Source of the DNA: an uncultured Lentisphaerales bacterium | GTDB taxonomy: Bacteria > Verrucomicrobiota > Kiritimatiellia > RFP12 > JAAYLN01 | DNA: 64,000 nt | Assembly (NCBI GenBank): GCA_964592855.1 | Contig: CAZQKI010000001.1 | Location: forward strand, 23,175-87,174 | Reading direction: 5' to 3' | Shown: one piece after another, positions 9,380-18,517 of the stretch | Layout of the letters: each line of letters starts with the position of its first letter | How positions within the stretch are numbered: position 1 is the first letter of the stretch | Notes under the pieces: model-generated | What the model was told of the DNA's origin: nothing | The model's database searches: none | Seen by the model: only the letters and a program-made list of their open reading frames with translations | Translations under genes and position numbers: made by a program

Positions 9380-10537
9380 ATGACGAATCGTGAGCGCGCC
9401 CTGTCCGTACTTCGCTATCAACCGGTTGACCGCATGCCGCTGGTCTATTTCGGCTTCTGGCACGAAACGCTTCAGAAGTGGGCCGCAGAGGGGCACATCC
9501 GGGTGGAATTGGCGAAGGGGTGGGGGGACGGCAATGCGGCCGACTTCGAGATCGCCAAGCTGCTGGGTTTCGACTTCAACTGGCAGTCCTGCTTTTCAAT
9601 GGCCACTTTCCTGAAGCCGTATTTCGAGTCGGTGGTTATGGAAACGCTGCCGGACGGAACGCAGCACATCCGAAACGGGCTGGGTGTCACCGTCACGTCC
9701 AAGGCTGGCGCCGGCTCGATCCCCGCCGAAACCGACCATTTGCTGAAGGATCGTGCCTCCTGGGAGGAGCACTACAAACCGAGGCTGCAATGGGATCCCA
9801 GCCGCGTGGAGGAGGCCCGCGTCCGGATCGGCCAGCAACTCATTCCCTTCGGGCAGGGCGGGATGGAAGCCTTGCGGGATACGCCGCGGGACTGGCCGCT
9901 TTCGCTGCATTGCGGCAGCCTCATGGGAACCATCCGCAACATCGTGGGGATGGAGAACCTGTGCTATCTGGAAGTCGATGATCCCGACCTGTTGTTTGAA
10001 ATCATCGATACCGTCGCCGACCTGTGCTACCGCTGTGCCGAGCATGCGCTCAAGCGGGGCGGGGTCTTCGATTTCGGGCACTTCTGGGAGGACATCTGCT
10101 TCAAGAACGGACCGCTGGTCCGGCCGCAGCTGTTTGCCGAGAAGGTCGGCCCGCACTACCGCCGGATCACCGAACTGCTGAACCGGCATGGTCTGGACAT
10201 CGTCTCGCTCGATTGCGATGGTCAGATCGACGCGCTCATCCCCACGTGGCTGGACAACGGCGTCAACACGATGTTCCCGATCGAAGTGGGGACGTGGAAC
10301 GCCTCGATCGAACCCTGGCGCGCAACCTACGGGAAACGGATCCGCGGCGTCGGCGGGATGAACAAGACGGTGTTTTCCCGGGATCGGAAGGCCGTCGATG
10401 CAGAGGTGAGCCGGCTGATGAAGCTGGTGGAACTGGGCGGATTCATTCCCTGTCCCGACCACCGCATCGCTCCCGACGCGGAATGGGACAATGTCCGTTA
10501 CTACGCCGACCGGATGCGGGCGGTTCTGGGGGCGTAG
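9380..10537 (+). CDS. URO-D/MtaA-like family protein, paralogue 2
   Basis: 385 aa; ATG at 9380 with gagagga RBS; paralogous to 515-1597 and 49586-50584. Confidence 0.8.
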   Translation: MTNRERALSVLRYQPVDRMPLVYFGFWHETLQKWAAEGHIRVELAKGWGDGNAADFEIAKLLGFDFNWQSCFSMATFLKPYFESVVMETLPDGTQHIRNGLGVTVTSKAGAGSIPAETDHLLKDRASWEEHYKPRLQWDPSRVEEARVRIGQQLIPFGQGGMEALRDTPRDWPLSLHCGSLMGTIRNIVGMENLCYLEVDDPDLLFEIIDTVADLCYRCAEHALKRGGVFDFGHFWEDICFKNGPLVRPQLFAEKVGPHYRRITELLNRHGLDIVSLDCDGQIDALIPTWLDNGVNTMFPIEVGTWNASIEPWRATYGKRIRGVGGMNKTVFSRDRKAVDAEVSRLMKLVELGGFIPCPDHRIAPDAEWDNVRYYADRMRAVLGA

Positions 10538-10583
10538 CGGCTTCCTATAGGCGCATGCTATACCTCCGGTTTGTGCAAGCGGA

Positions 10584-10727
10584 GGGTTCAGGGTTCGGGG
10601 TTCAGTAAGGCCGCTGGCGGCCAGAGGCCGCCAGTTGGATCAAGGCAGAAGAACAAACTTTGTCGCGAGCTTTGTCGTGAGCTTTGTCGGCGGTGGTTCT
10701 CAGACCAGTGGGCCGTTGGATCAAGTA
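10584..10727 (+). repeat. Conserved intergenic element, copy A (about 95-bp core shared with 56023-56114); contains the triple direct repeat CTTTGTCG(c/t)gag, a duplicated ccagttggatcaag box and a GC palindrome gccgctggcggccagaggccgcc
   Basis: Direct comparison with copy B: gggttcag..gggttcagt(a/g)aggccgc..cagttggatcaa(g/c)gcag(a/g)agaacaaactttgtcgc(g/a)agctttgtc(g/t)tgagctttgtcg. Confidence 0.6.
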
Positions 10728-10893
10728 TGAGCCTTGCCGCATCGTCCTCGTCCTCATTCTCGTTCTCGAAATATCGCATCGAGGACGACGACGAGGACGA
10801 GGTCGCACTGGCCCCCGTCGTCCCCGTCGGTAGGCGAAAAAGCAGGACACAACGACGCATTTTTCACTACGGGCGAGGACGCCCGGCTCCAGA

Positions 10894-11175
10894 TCACCTT
10901 TGTCGCGATACGGAAAGAAAGTGCCCTTCTGGCTTCCAGGCGGCGCGGTCCGATACGTCCCGCGCTACTTTTACGGCCGCATTGATCCGGGCGTGAGCGG
11001 TAGAGCGGGACGTATTGGACCGCTCAAAGTCAATCGAGCGCATCCTGAACGTAAATGACTCACCACCGAGGGTCGCGCCGCGCCGCTGCATCAGTGCCAG
11101 CACATTGCGATCCCCGACATCGGTTTCATCGTTGGCGATGTCGCGAACGCCGTCGGTTCCGAACATTTTGCTCAT
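10894..11175 (-). pseudogene. Phosphoglucosamine mutase (glmM-like phosphohexomutase) N-terminal remnant
   Basis: MSKMFGTDGVRDIANDE matches the strongly conserved GlmM N-terminus (M.KYFGTDGVRGVANSE) and the active-site-proximal FGTDGVRG motif. Similarity is lost after about 40 codons and the frame stops at 93 aa. No other frame continues a roughly 450-aa mutase, and the space it would need is occupied by the convergent URO-D gene. Confidence 0.5.
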
Positions 11176-12350
11176 GGTGTGCCTGTTTCCCAGTGTCCTG
11201 CAACGGCATCCGCGATACGTTGCAGCCAGGCTGTGCCTGCCTGTCGGGCCGCCGCCGGCAGCGATTGGATGGCTTCGATATACGTTGGCTGGCGGTTGAT
11301 GGCGATTGCGGCCGTTAGTTCCTCCGGGGGGATGAAGCCGGCGGTTTTCGGGATGAAGATCATCTGCTCCAGCCTGGGGCGCAGGGCCAGCAGGCGCTGG
11401 TGCGACGCATGCGGGCCCGGGGCGTCGGCGATTTTTCCGGCCAATCTTTCCAGTTGAGTGGCGCGCTCGGCCGCCGCCGCCGCCAGCAGTTGCTGTGCGC
11501 CGCGCAGGCAGGCCTGTGCGTAGGGGTCACCGGGGGTGAGCAGGGGTCGGATGCAGGCGTACCAGGCGGCGAGCGCATGGAGGTTGCCGGCATACGTGAA
11601 ATTATTGCGGCAGACGCGGTCAATGTCGCCGTATTGATTCAGGTTGTATGGCGTCTCCGTCCGCTGGCCGCCGCCCGGTCCGCCGATGAGCAGCCCTTCC
11701 TCCACCACGTCGCGGCGCCAGACCGTCCCGGCGGCCAGCACGGTGCCGTAGGCGATCCGGACCGGCCCGACCAGCCCGCCCTGTCCGCCGAGGAAAATCG
11801 GGAGACGGTCGAGCATCACGCCGCGCGGAACATCGCCGATGAGCGAGGCGGTGGCCTTGTCCTGTCGGGCGGTGAAGTTGAAGTGGATATACGAGGACCC
11901 GACTTCGCTGTGTTCCTTGGGCCCGGTGCCGCCAGCCATCAGGCAGTCGCAGAAGTTGATCAGGCTGCCGAGCGTGACAAACGGCATCAGAATGGTCTGC
12001 TTGAGACCGACGGTATGGGCGCAGGACGCCTGCTCCTCGAGCAGGGTGCCGGGGCGGATGTGCGCACCGGAGCCGGCCGCCGCGCCGTCGAGGAACACCG
12101 CTTCCTCGGCGAAGCCGCCGCAGAAGCGCACCCCGCGGCCGAGACGGCAGTTGATCAGCGTCGCCGGCGCCTCCGCGCCGATGCGGCAGCCCGGGCCGAT
12201 GGAGGTGTCTCCGCCGCTGATGCGGCATCCGGGATGGATTTCCGCTCCGGGTGAAATCTGTTCCGGGGAAACGTCCAGCGTCACGGTTTCGGGATGGTGC
12301 ACCACCACGCCACGGTCAATGAACCACCGGTTGTCACTGGTTGTGAACAT
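11172..12350 (-). CDS. Left-handed beta-helix (hexapeptide-repeat) acyl/acetyltransferase-like protein with a C-terminal alpha-helical extension
   Basis: N-terminal hexapeptide repeats (GAEIHPGCRISGGDTSIGPGCRIG..., IRPGTLL..VGLKQTILMPFVTLGSLINFCDCLMAGG) resembling the GlmU C-terminal LbH domain; no nucleotidyltransferase domain; 392 aa. Confidence 0.7.
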   Translation of the reverse strand: MFTTSDNRWFIDRGVVVHHPETVTLDVSPEQISPGAEIHPGCRISGGDTSIGPGCRIGAEAPATLINCRLGRGVRFCGGFAEEAVFLDGAAAGSGAHIRPGTLLEEQASCAHTVGLKQTILMPFVTLGSLINFCDCLMAGGTGPKEHSEVGSSYIHFNFTARQDKATASLIGDVPRGVMLDRLPIFLGGQGGLVGPVRIAYGTVLAAGTVWRRDVVEEGLLIGGPGGGQRTETPYNLNQYGDIDRVCRNNFTYAGNLHALAAWYACIRPLLTPGDPYAQACLRGAQQLLAAAAAERATQLERLAGKIADAPGPHASHQRLLALRPRLEQMIFIPKTAGFIPPEELTAAIAINRQPTYIEAIQSLPAAARQAGTAWLQRIADAVAGHWETGTP

Positions 12351-12651
12351 ACGCCGCCTCTACTCTCCGCCGCCTTGCGGCGGCCTGCATAGCCAACAAT
12401 ACCGCACATTTCGAAAACGCCCCGATCCCCGGTCATGGTCGGCTGCTCATCGGCGACCCGATCCGCAGAAGCCCGAATCAGGTCGGAACCGATCAGCGAC
12501 ACCCATCCAAGAGCGTTAGCATGTCAAAAGCCTGTGCCGTCTGTCAAACGGGCTTTGCGATCAACGAAATCGCTTACGATGCCGAATAAGTTTTGTTATC
12601 ATGGCTGCGGTTCTGGTTGAAGAATGGATACGGACTAAGGGAGAGATTGAT

Positions 12652-13152
12652 ATGTCACAGACTGCATTCAAAGGTTCGGCCGTGCAACTTGCCGGCCAGT
12701 TTCCGCGGGTGGGTTCGCCAGCGCCGGGGTTTGCCTTGGTTGGCGGAGATCTCGGGAACTACGCCCTGGCTGACGCCAAGGGCAAGTGGACGGTTCTTAA
12801 TATCTTTCCGAGCATTGACACGGGGGTCTGCGCCCAGTCGGTCCGCCGGTTCAATGCGGACGCCACCAAGCGTCCGGATGCGCAGGTGCTGTGCATTTCG
12901 GCCGACCTTCCTTTTGCCCAGGGGCGGTTCTGCGCCGCGGAGGGGTTGGACCGCGTCAAGACGCTCTCCTGTTTCCGGTCGCCTGCGTTCGGCAGGGACT
13001 ACGGCGTTCTGATCGAGTCGTCGCCGTTGGCCGGTCTGCTGGCGCGCGCCGTGGTGGTGATGGATCCCGCAGGCGTCGTGCGCTATGTGCAACTGGTGCC
13101 GGAAATCACGCAGGAGCCGGATTACGACGCGGCGCTTCGCGCGATCCCCTGA
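12652..13152 (+). CDS. tpx: Thiol peroxidase (Tpx, atypical 2-Cys peroxiredoxin)
   Basis: 166 aa starting MSQTAFKG at the ATG at 12652 (RBS aagggagag). Tpx motifs ..SIDTGVCAQS.. and ..LCISADLPFAQGRFCAAEG.. Confidence 0.85.
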   Translation: MSQTAFKGSAVQLAGQFPRVGSPAPGFALVGGDLGNYALADAKGKWTVLNIFPSIDTGVCAQSVRRFNADATKRPDAQVLCISADLPFAQGRFCAAEGLDRVKTLSCFRSPAFGRDYGVLIESSPLAGLLARAVVVMDPAGVVRYVQLVPEITQEPDYDAALRAIP

Positions 13153-13182
13153 CGCGGATTCCTCATTTCTGGAGCGCATACT

Positions 13183-16100
13183 GTGAGTTTGATCATTTGG
13201 CAGGGCGGGGCGGCTTGCTCCCAGTTTCGTTTGGATGCCTTGTGCGAGGGGCTGGCCAGGTGTCTGCCCAAGCAGGGGAAGTTCACCGTCACCGCGGAGT
13301 TCATCTACTGTCTGGAAGCGGCGGATCCCCTGCCGGCGGCTGTCGAGAAGCGCTGCTGCGCCCTGCTGAATGCCCTTGCCCGGCCCCCGGCGGCCGGCGG
13401 ATTTCTGGTCGTGCCGCGCATGGGGACGATCTCGCCGTGGTCCTCCAAAGCGACCGTGATCCTGCAGAATTGCGGCATCACCGAGGTGCGCCGGGTGGAG
13501 CGGGGGATCCGGTATGTCGTCTCCGATCAGGCCGGGGACGTGGTTCCGCTGCCGGCGCTCGGTGCGGCGCTGCAGGTGTTTCACGACCGGATGACCGAGG
13601 GGGTCTACGAATCGCTCGATGCCATTTTCGACCACCGGCCCCCGGCCCCCGGCCGGAGCTTCGACGTGCTGGCCAGGGGACGCGCCGCGCTTGACGAGGC
13701 CAACCAGGAGATGGGCCTGGCCCTGAGCCACGAGGAAATCGTCTACCTGGCCAAGGCCTTCACCCAGGCCAAGCGCAATCCAACGGACACCGAGCTGGTC
13801 ATGTTCGGCCAGGTCAACTCCGAGCATTGCCGCCACAAGATCTTCAACTCGGCCTGGATCATCGATGGCGAGAAGCAGAGTGAATCGCTTTTCGGGATGA
13901 TCCGCAACACGCACAAGTGTCATCCGCAATACACGCTCTCGGCCTACAGTGACAATGCTGCGGTGGCGGAGGGACATGCCGCGCAAGCTTTCCGCATCGT
14001 GCCGGCCACGCATGAATATCGCTTCGAGCCGGATCAGCTCGACCTGGTGATGAAGGTCGAAACCCACAATCATCCGACCGCGATCGCCCCCTTCCCCGGT
14101 GCGGCCACCGGCGTGGGCGGAGAGATCCGCGACGAAAGCGCGACGGGGCGCGGCAGCCGGAGCAATGCCGGCCTTTCGGGGCTGATCGTTTCGAACCTGA
14201 ATGTCCCCGGCTACACGATGCCCTGGGAAAAGGAACTGGCGCCCTTTCCCGGACGTCTGGCATCGCCGCTATCCATCATGATCGACGGACCCCTCGGCGG
14301 CGCCGCCTTCGGCAACGAGTTCGGCCGACCCCAGCTCTGCGGCATCTTCCGCACCTACGAAGAACGGGTGGGGGATGTGCTGCGCGGCTACCACAAGCCC
14401 ATCATGATCGCCGGCGGCATGGGCGCGATCCGGCGGAGCCTGATCCACAAGCACGAGGTTCCGCCGGGAGCCCTGCTCGTTCAGATCGGCGGCCCCGCGA
14501 TGCGCATCGGTCTCGGGGGCGGCGCGGCCTCGTCCATGGCCTCCGGCAGCAACGCCGAAAACCTCGACTTCGACTCGGTGCAGCGCGGCAATCCCGAAAT
14601 GCAGCGCCGGTGCCAGGAGGTCATCGAGGTCTGCGTCGCCCTGGGCGAGGACAACCCGATCCACAGCATTCACGATGTCGGGGCGGGGGGACTTTCCAAC
14701 GCCTTTCCCGAACTCGTCGAGAAGTGCGGGGCCGACTTCCAGCTGCGCCAGGTCGGCAACGAAGAGCTGTCGATGAACCCCATGGAGATCTGGTGCTGCG
14801 AAGCGCAGGAGCGCTATGTGCTCGCCATCCGTCCCGATTCCCGCGCATCGTTCGCCGCCATCTGCGCCCGCGAGCGCTGCCCCGTGGCCTTCGTGGGTGT
14901 CGCCCGCGAGGACCGCCAGCTCGTGCTGGCGGACGCGCATTTCGGCAACCGCCCGATCGACATGGCGCTGGAGGTCTTCTTCGGCAAACCGCCCCGCATG
15001 CTCCGCGACGTGAAGCGCCAGAAGACGCCCCTGACCGACCTGGACTTCGCCGGCGTGACGCCGCGGGCGGCCCTGGAGCGGGTGCTGCGTCTGCCCGCCG
15101 TGGCCTCCAAGAGTTTCCTGGTCACGATCGCCGACCGCAGCGTGACGGGACTGGTGCACCGCGACCAGATGGTCGGCCCCTATCAGCTCCCCCTGGCCGA
15201 CTGCGGCGTGACGGTCACCGGCTATCAGGCCTGCGACGGAAGCGCGATGGCGATGGGCGAGCGGACGCCGATCGCGGTGATCGATGCGCCCGCCTCCGGC
15301 CGCATGGCCGTTGGCGAAGCCCTGACCAACCTGATGGGAACGGCCATCGGCCCCATCGGCCGCGTCAAGCTCTCCGCCAACTGGATGTGTGCGTGCGGCG
15401 AAGGCGGCGAGGACGTCGAGCTCTTCAACACCGTGAAGGCCGTCGGGCTGGATCTTTGTCCTGCACTGGGCCTCTCGATTCCCGTGGGGAAGGATTCGCT
15501 TTCGATGCGGACGCTGTGGAGCGGCCCAGACGGAACCGCCTACCGCCAGCATGCGCCGCTGAGCCTGATCGTGACGGCCTTTGCGGCCGTTTCGGATGTG
15601 CGGCTGACCGCGACCCCCGACCTGAAGCCCGGGAGTTCCGCCCTCCTGCTGATCGACCTGGGTTGCGGGAAGAACCGGCTCGGCGGAAGCGCGCTGGCGC
15701 AGGTCTTCAATCAGACCGGCAGCCCGTGCGTCGACCTGGACGATCCCGCGCGGTTCCGCAACCTGTTCGATGCCATTCAGGCGCTGATCGAGAACCGGAA
15801 GATCCTGGCCTATCATGACCGTTCGGACGGCGGCGCCGTCATCACGCTGGCCGAGATGGCGATGGCCGGAGGACGCGGCGTCACGGTCAACCTCCCCGGG
15901 GACCCCGAAAAACCGCTGCCCGCGCTCTTCAGCGAGGAGCTGGGCGTGATCCTGCAGGTTCTCGACAAGGATCTGGAGGAAGTCCATGTCTGCCTCGAGG
16001 CCCATGGCTTGCTGGATTGCACGCGCCTGATCGGCTCGGTGCGCGAGGATCGCGACTTCATCGTCCAGGTGGGCGGCGTGGCCGCGGTCAAGAGCAGCCT

Positions 16101-17067
16101 CCCCGCCCTCCGCGCGATGTGGTCGGAACTGAGCTGGCAGATGCAGCGGTTGCGCGACAATCCGGCCACCGCCGACTCGGAGTTCGAAATCGCCAAGGAG
16201 ACGGACGATCCCGGTCTGCAGTATCACCTGACCTACGGACCCGACGAACGCCCCGTTCCGCTGCCTTCCGCCGCCGAAGTGACGCAGCCGCCGCGCGTCG
16301 CGATCCTGCGGGAGGAAGGGGTGAACGGGCATGTCGAAATGGCCGCCGCCATGTCGCTGGCGGGACTTTGCTCCATCGATGTCCACATGACCGACTTGTC
16401 GGAGGGGCGGGCCGATCTTGCGGACTTCGCGGGGATGGTGGCCTGCGGCGGCTTTTCCTACGGCGATGTTCTGGGAGCCGGCTCGGGGTGGGCGCGCAGC
16501 ATCCTCTTCAGTGATCGGCTGTCGGCGATGTTCAAGACCTTTTTCCATCGGGCCGACACCTTCGCGCTCGGTGTCTGCAACGGCTGCCAGATGCTCTCGC
16601 AGCTCAGTGGCCTCATTCCCGGAGCCGAGCATTGGCCGAAATTCCAACGCAACGTCAGCGAGCAGTTCGAGGCCCGCCTGGCCACCGTCGAGATTCTGGA
16701 TTCGCCGTCGGTGCTGCTCAAGGGCATGGCCGGATCGCGTGTCCCCGTGGTCGTCTCGCACGGCGAGGGCCAGGCGGTCTTTGCCCGGGAGTCGGACCGC
16801 GAGACGATGATCGGCCGGCAGCTGACGGCCGTGCGCTACGTGGACGGCTCGGGCGCGGCCACCGAGCGGTTTCCGTGGAATCCGAACGGATCGTCTGGCG
16901 GGCTCACGGGATTCACGACGCGCGATGGACGCGCCACGATCATGATGCCGCACCCCGAGCGCGGGTTCCGCGCCGTGCAGGTCTCGTACCGCCCGGCGGC
17001 CTTTTTCACGGGAGAGGCGGGCCCCTGGATGCGGTTGTTCCGAAATGCGCGTGCGTTCTGCCGCTGA
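13183..17067 (+). CDS. purL: Phosphoribosylformylglycinamidine synthase, large single-chain form
   Basis: 1294 aa with PurL N-terminal, AIR-synthase-like duplicated domains and a C-terminal glutaminase domain (..[12 protein letters not shown]..); GTG start. Confidence 0.95.
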   Translation: MSLIIWQGGAACSQFRLDALCEGLARCLPKQGKFTVTAEFIYCLEAADPLPAAVEKRCCALLNALARPPAAGGFLVVPRMGTISPWSSKATVILQNCGITEVRRVERGIRYVVSDQAGDVVPLPALGAALQVFHDRMTEGVYESLDAIFDHRPPAPGRSFDVLARGRAALDEANQEMGLALSHEEIVYLAKAFTQAKRNPTDTELVMFGQVNSEHCRHKIFNSAWIIDGEKQSESLFGMIRNTHKCHPQYTLSAYSDNAAVAEGHAAQAFRIVPATHEYRFEPDQLDLVMKVETHNHPTAIAPFPGAATGVGGEIRDESATGRGSRSNAGLSGLIVSNLNVPGYTMPWEKELAPFPGRLASPLSIMIDGPLGGAAFGNEFGRPQLCGIFRTYEERVGDVLRGYHKPIMIAGGMGAIRRSLIHKHEVPPGALLVQIGGPAMRIGLGGGAASSMASGSNAENLDFDSVQRGNPEMQRRCQEVIEVCVALGEDNPIHSIHDVGAGGLSNAFPELVEKCGADFQLRQVGNEELSMNPMEIWCCEAQERYVLAIRPDSRASFAAICARERCPVAFVGVAREDRQLVLADAHFGNRPIDMALEVFFGKPPRMLRDVKRQKTPLTDLDFAGVTPRAALERVLRLPAVASKSFLVTIADRSVTGLVHRDQMVGPYQLPLADCGVTVTGYQACDGSAMAMGERTPIAVIDAPASGRMAVGEALTNLMGTAIGPIGRVKLSANWMCACGEGGEDVELFNTVKAVGLDLCPALGLSIPVGKDSLSMRTLWSGPDGTAYRQHAPLSLIVTAFAAVSDVRLTATPDLKPGSSALLLIDLGCGKNRLGGSALAQVFNQTGSPCVDLDDPARFRNLFDAIQALIENRKILAYHDRSDGGAVITLAEMAMAGGRGVTVNLPGDPEKPLPALFSEELGVILQVLDKDLEEVHVCLEAHGLLDCTRLIGSVREDRDFIVQVGGVAAVKSSLPALRAMWSELSWQMQRLRDNPATADSEFEIAKETDDPGLQYHLTYGPDERPVPLPSAAEVTQPPRVAILREEGVNGHVEMAAAMSLAGLCSIDVHMTDLSEGRADLADFAGMVACGGFSYGDVLGAGSGWARSILFSDRLSAMFKTFFHRADTFALGVCNGCQMLSQLSGLIPGAEHWPKFQRNVSEQFEARLATVEILDSPSVLLKGMAGSRVPVVVSHGEGQAVFARESDRETMIGRQLTAVRYVDGSGAATERFPWNPNGSSGGLTGFTTRDGRATIMMPHPERGFRAVQVSYRPAAFFTGEAGPWMRLFRNARAFCR

Positions 17068-17083
17068 TCAGGAGTCAATAGCG

Positions 17084-17707
17084 ATGTTCGAAAAGAGTTT
17101 GCGGGTTGTTCAGTGCTGGGATGACGGACGGGAGCAGGATCTTCAACTGTGCGACATTCTGCGCCGCCAGGGGGCCACGGCCACGTTCAATCTGAACGCC
17201 AGCGTCCTGGATCAGCCCAACCGGGCGTGGAGCCGGAACCGCGCGGTTTACGACGACTTCACCGTGGCCAACCACAGTCTCACGCACCCGCATCTGGAAT
17301 CGATCCCGATCACGGCGGCACGGGCGGAGATCGTCGATGGACGGAAGCGCCTGCAGGATATCTTTGGACGCCCCGTGCTCGGTTTCGCCTATCCTTACGG
17401 GACGTACACGCCCGCCGTGATGGATGCGCTGCGCGAAGCCGGCCATGTCTATGCGCGGACGACGGTTCCTGTCGAGCAGTGCTTTCCGCCGCAGGAGCCG
17501 ATGGCCTTCCATCCGAACTGTCATTTTCTGGCTCCCGATTTCTGGGAGCGCTACGAACGGTCGCGGGCCTGCGGCGTATTCTACTTCTGGGGGCATTCCT
17601 ACGAGATCAAGACGGACGAGATGTGGCAGGCCTTCGAGGCGGCGATGGCGCGGATCAGCCGCGACCCGCAGGCGGCGTGGACGGAACTCGTCGATTTGTT
17701 TCGCTAG
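17084..17707 (+). CDS. Polysaccharide deacetylase (CE4 / NodB-homology) family protein
   Basis: 207 aa; ATG at 17084 with aggagt RBS; NodB-like motifs (..CWDDGRE.., ..ANHSLTHPHL.., ..GFAYPYG..). Confidence 0.7.
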   Translation: MFEKSLRVVQCWDDGREQDLQLCDILRRQGATATFNLNASVLDQPNRAWSRNRAVYDDFTVANHSLTHPHLESIPITAARAEIVDGRKRLQDIFGRPVLGFAYPYGTYTPAVMDALREAGHVYARTTVPVEQCFPPQEPMAFHPNCHFLAPDFWERYERSRACGVFYFWGHSYEIKTDEMWQAFEAAMARISRDPQAAWTELVDLFR

Positions 17708-17859
17708 CCGGCCCCGTGCGTTGCATCCGCTGTCTTCAAACGCGAAGCGTTCCGCCACGGACGTTGAAAATGTTATGGCGAAACCGGGTGAGAACGGATA
17801 ACATGAACCTGCTTTGAGTGTTTATTCATCCTGTGCGTAGCGACAAAGGGAGTTCGATC

Positions 17860-18483
17860 ATGACATTGAAAAAGTTGGACATTGCGGACGAAATGCGTAA
17901 GGGTTGGGCTCTTTTCCGGCCGAACATGGGCCTGATGATTATCGCCGGGTTGATTGCAACCTTGCTTTCGGCTGTAACCTGCGGGATTCTCTCCGGTCCT
18001 TTGGCTGCGGGCATGTTTCTCCTGGTGCGGCGCGTGATCAAGAACGACCCCGTCAAGCCCCAGGCGGGCGACATCTTCAAGGGATTCGACTTTTTTGCGC
18101 AGGCGCTTCTGGTGTCCGTCATTTGCCTGGTCGCGATCATCCTGCTGTCGATGATCCCGGTTCTTGGACAATTGGCGGGACTCGTGGTCGCCTCGGTGAT
18201 GATGTGGGCCATGCTGTTTGTGGTGCATCAGAAGATGAAGGCCATCGATGCGTTCAAGAAGGTCTTCGGATACCTGCAAACCGGGGAATTCACGATGCCG
18301 TTGCTCTTTGCCCTCCTGACCAGCGTGGTTTCGGGACTGGGGGCGATTGCCTGCGGGATCGGCGTTTTCTTCACGATTCCGCTCAGCTACTGCATGCTCG
18401 CCTGCGCCTATGAAACACTTTTTGGCGATGCGACCGAAGGGGATGCGTCCGTTCCTCCCCCGTCAGCCGACCTGCGTATGTAG
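17860..18483 (+). CDS. Integral membrane protein of unknown function
   Basis: ATG at 17860 with aaagggag RBS; several hydrophobic helices; no recognisable catalytic motif. Confidence 0.6.
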   Translation: MTLKKLDIADEMRKGWALFRPNMGLMIIAGLIATLLSAVTCGILSGPLAAGMFLLVRRVIKNDPVKPQAGDIFKGFDFFAQALLVSVICLVAIILLSMIPVLGQLAGLVVASVMMWAMLFVVHQKMKAIDAFKKVFGYLQTGEFTMPLLFALLTSVVSGLGAIACGIGVFFTIPLSYCMLACAYETLFGDATEGDASVPPPSADLRM

Positions 18484-18517
18484 AGGCCGCCCGCTGCGGG
18501 TTGCCTGTTGAAAAAGT

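Noticed and set aside
10571-10996. 141-aa plus-strand ORF containing the repeat KLCRELCRELCRR
   Set aside because: The peptide repeat is a by-product of the DNA-level triple CTTTGTCG direct repeat in the intergenic element. The second copy of the element, at 56023-56114, is not in any comparable ORF.
17708-18517. Expected SRP RNA (ffs) upstream of dnaX, as in the common ffs-dnaX-ybaB-recR synteny
   Set aside because: Only 34 bp separate the upstream membrane-protein gene from dnaX, and neither intergenic region contains the conserved SRP domain-IV motifs. No ffs is found here.
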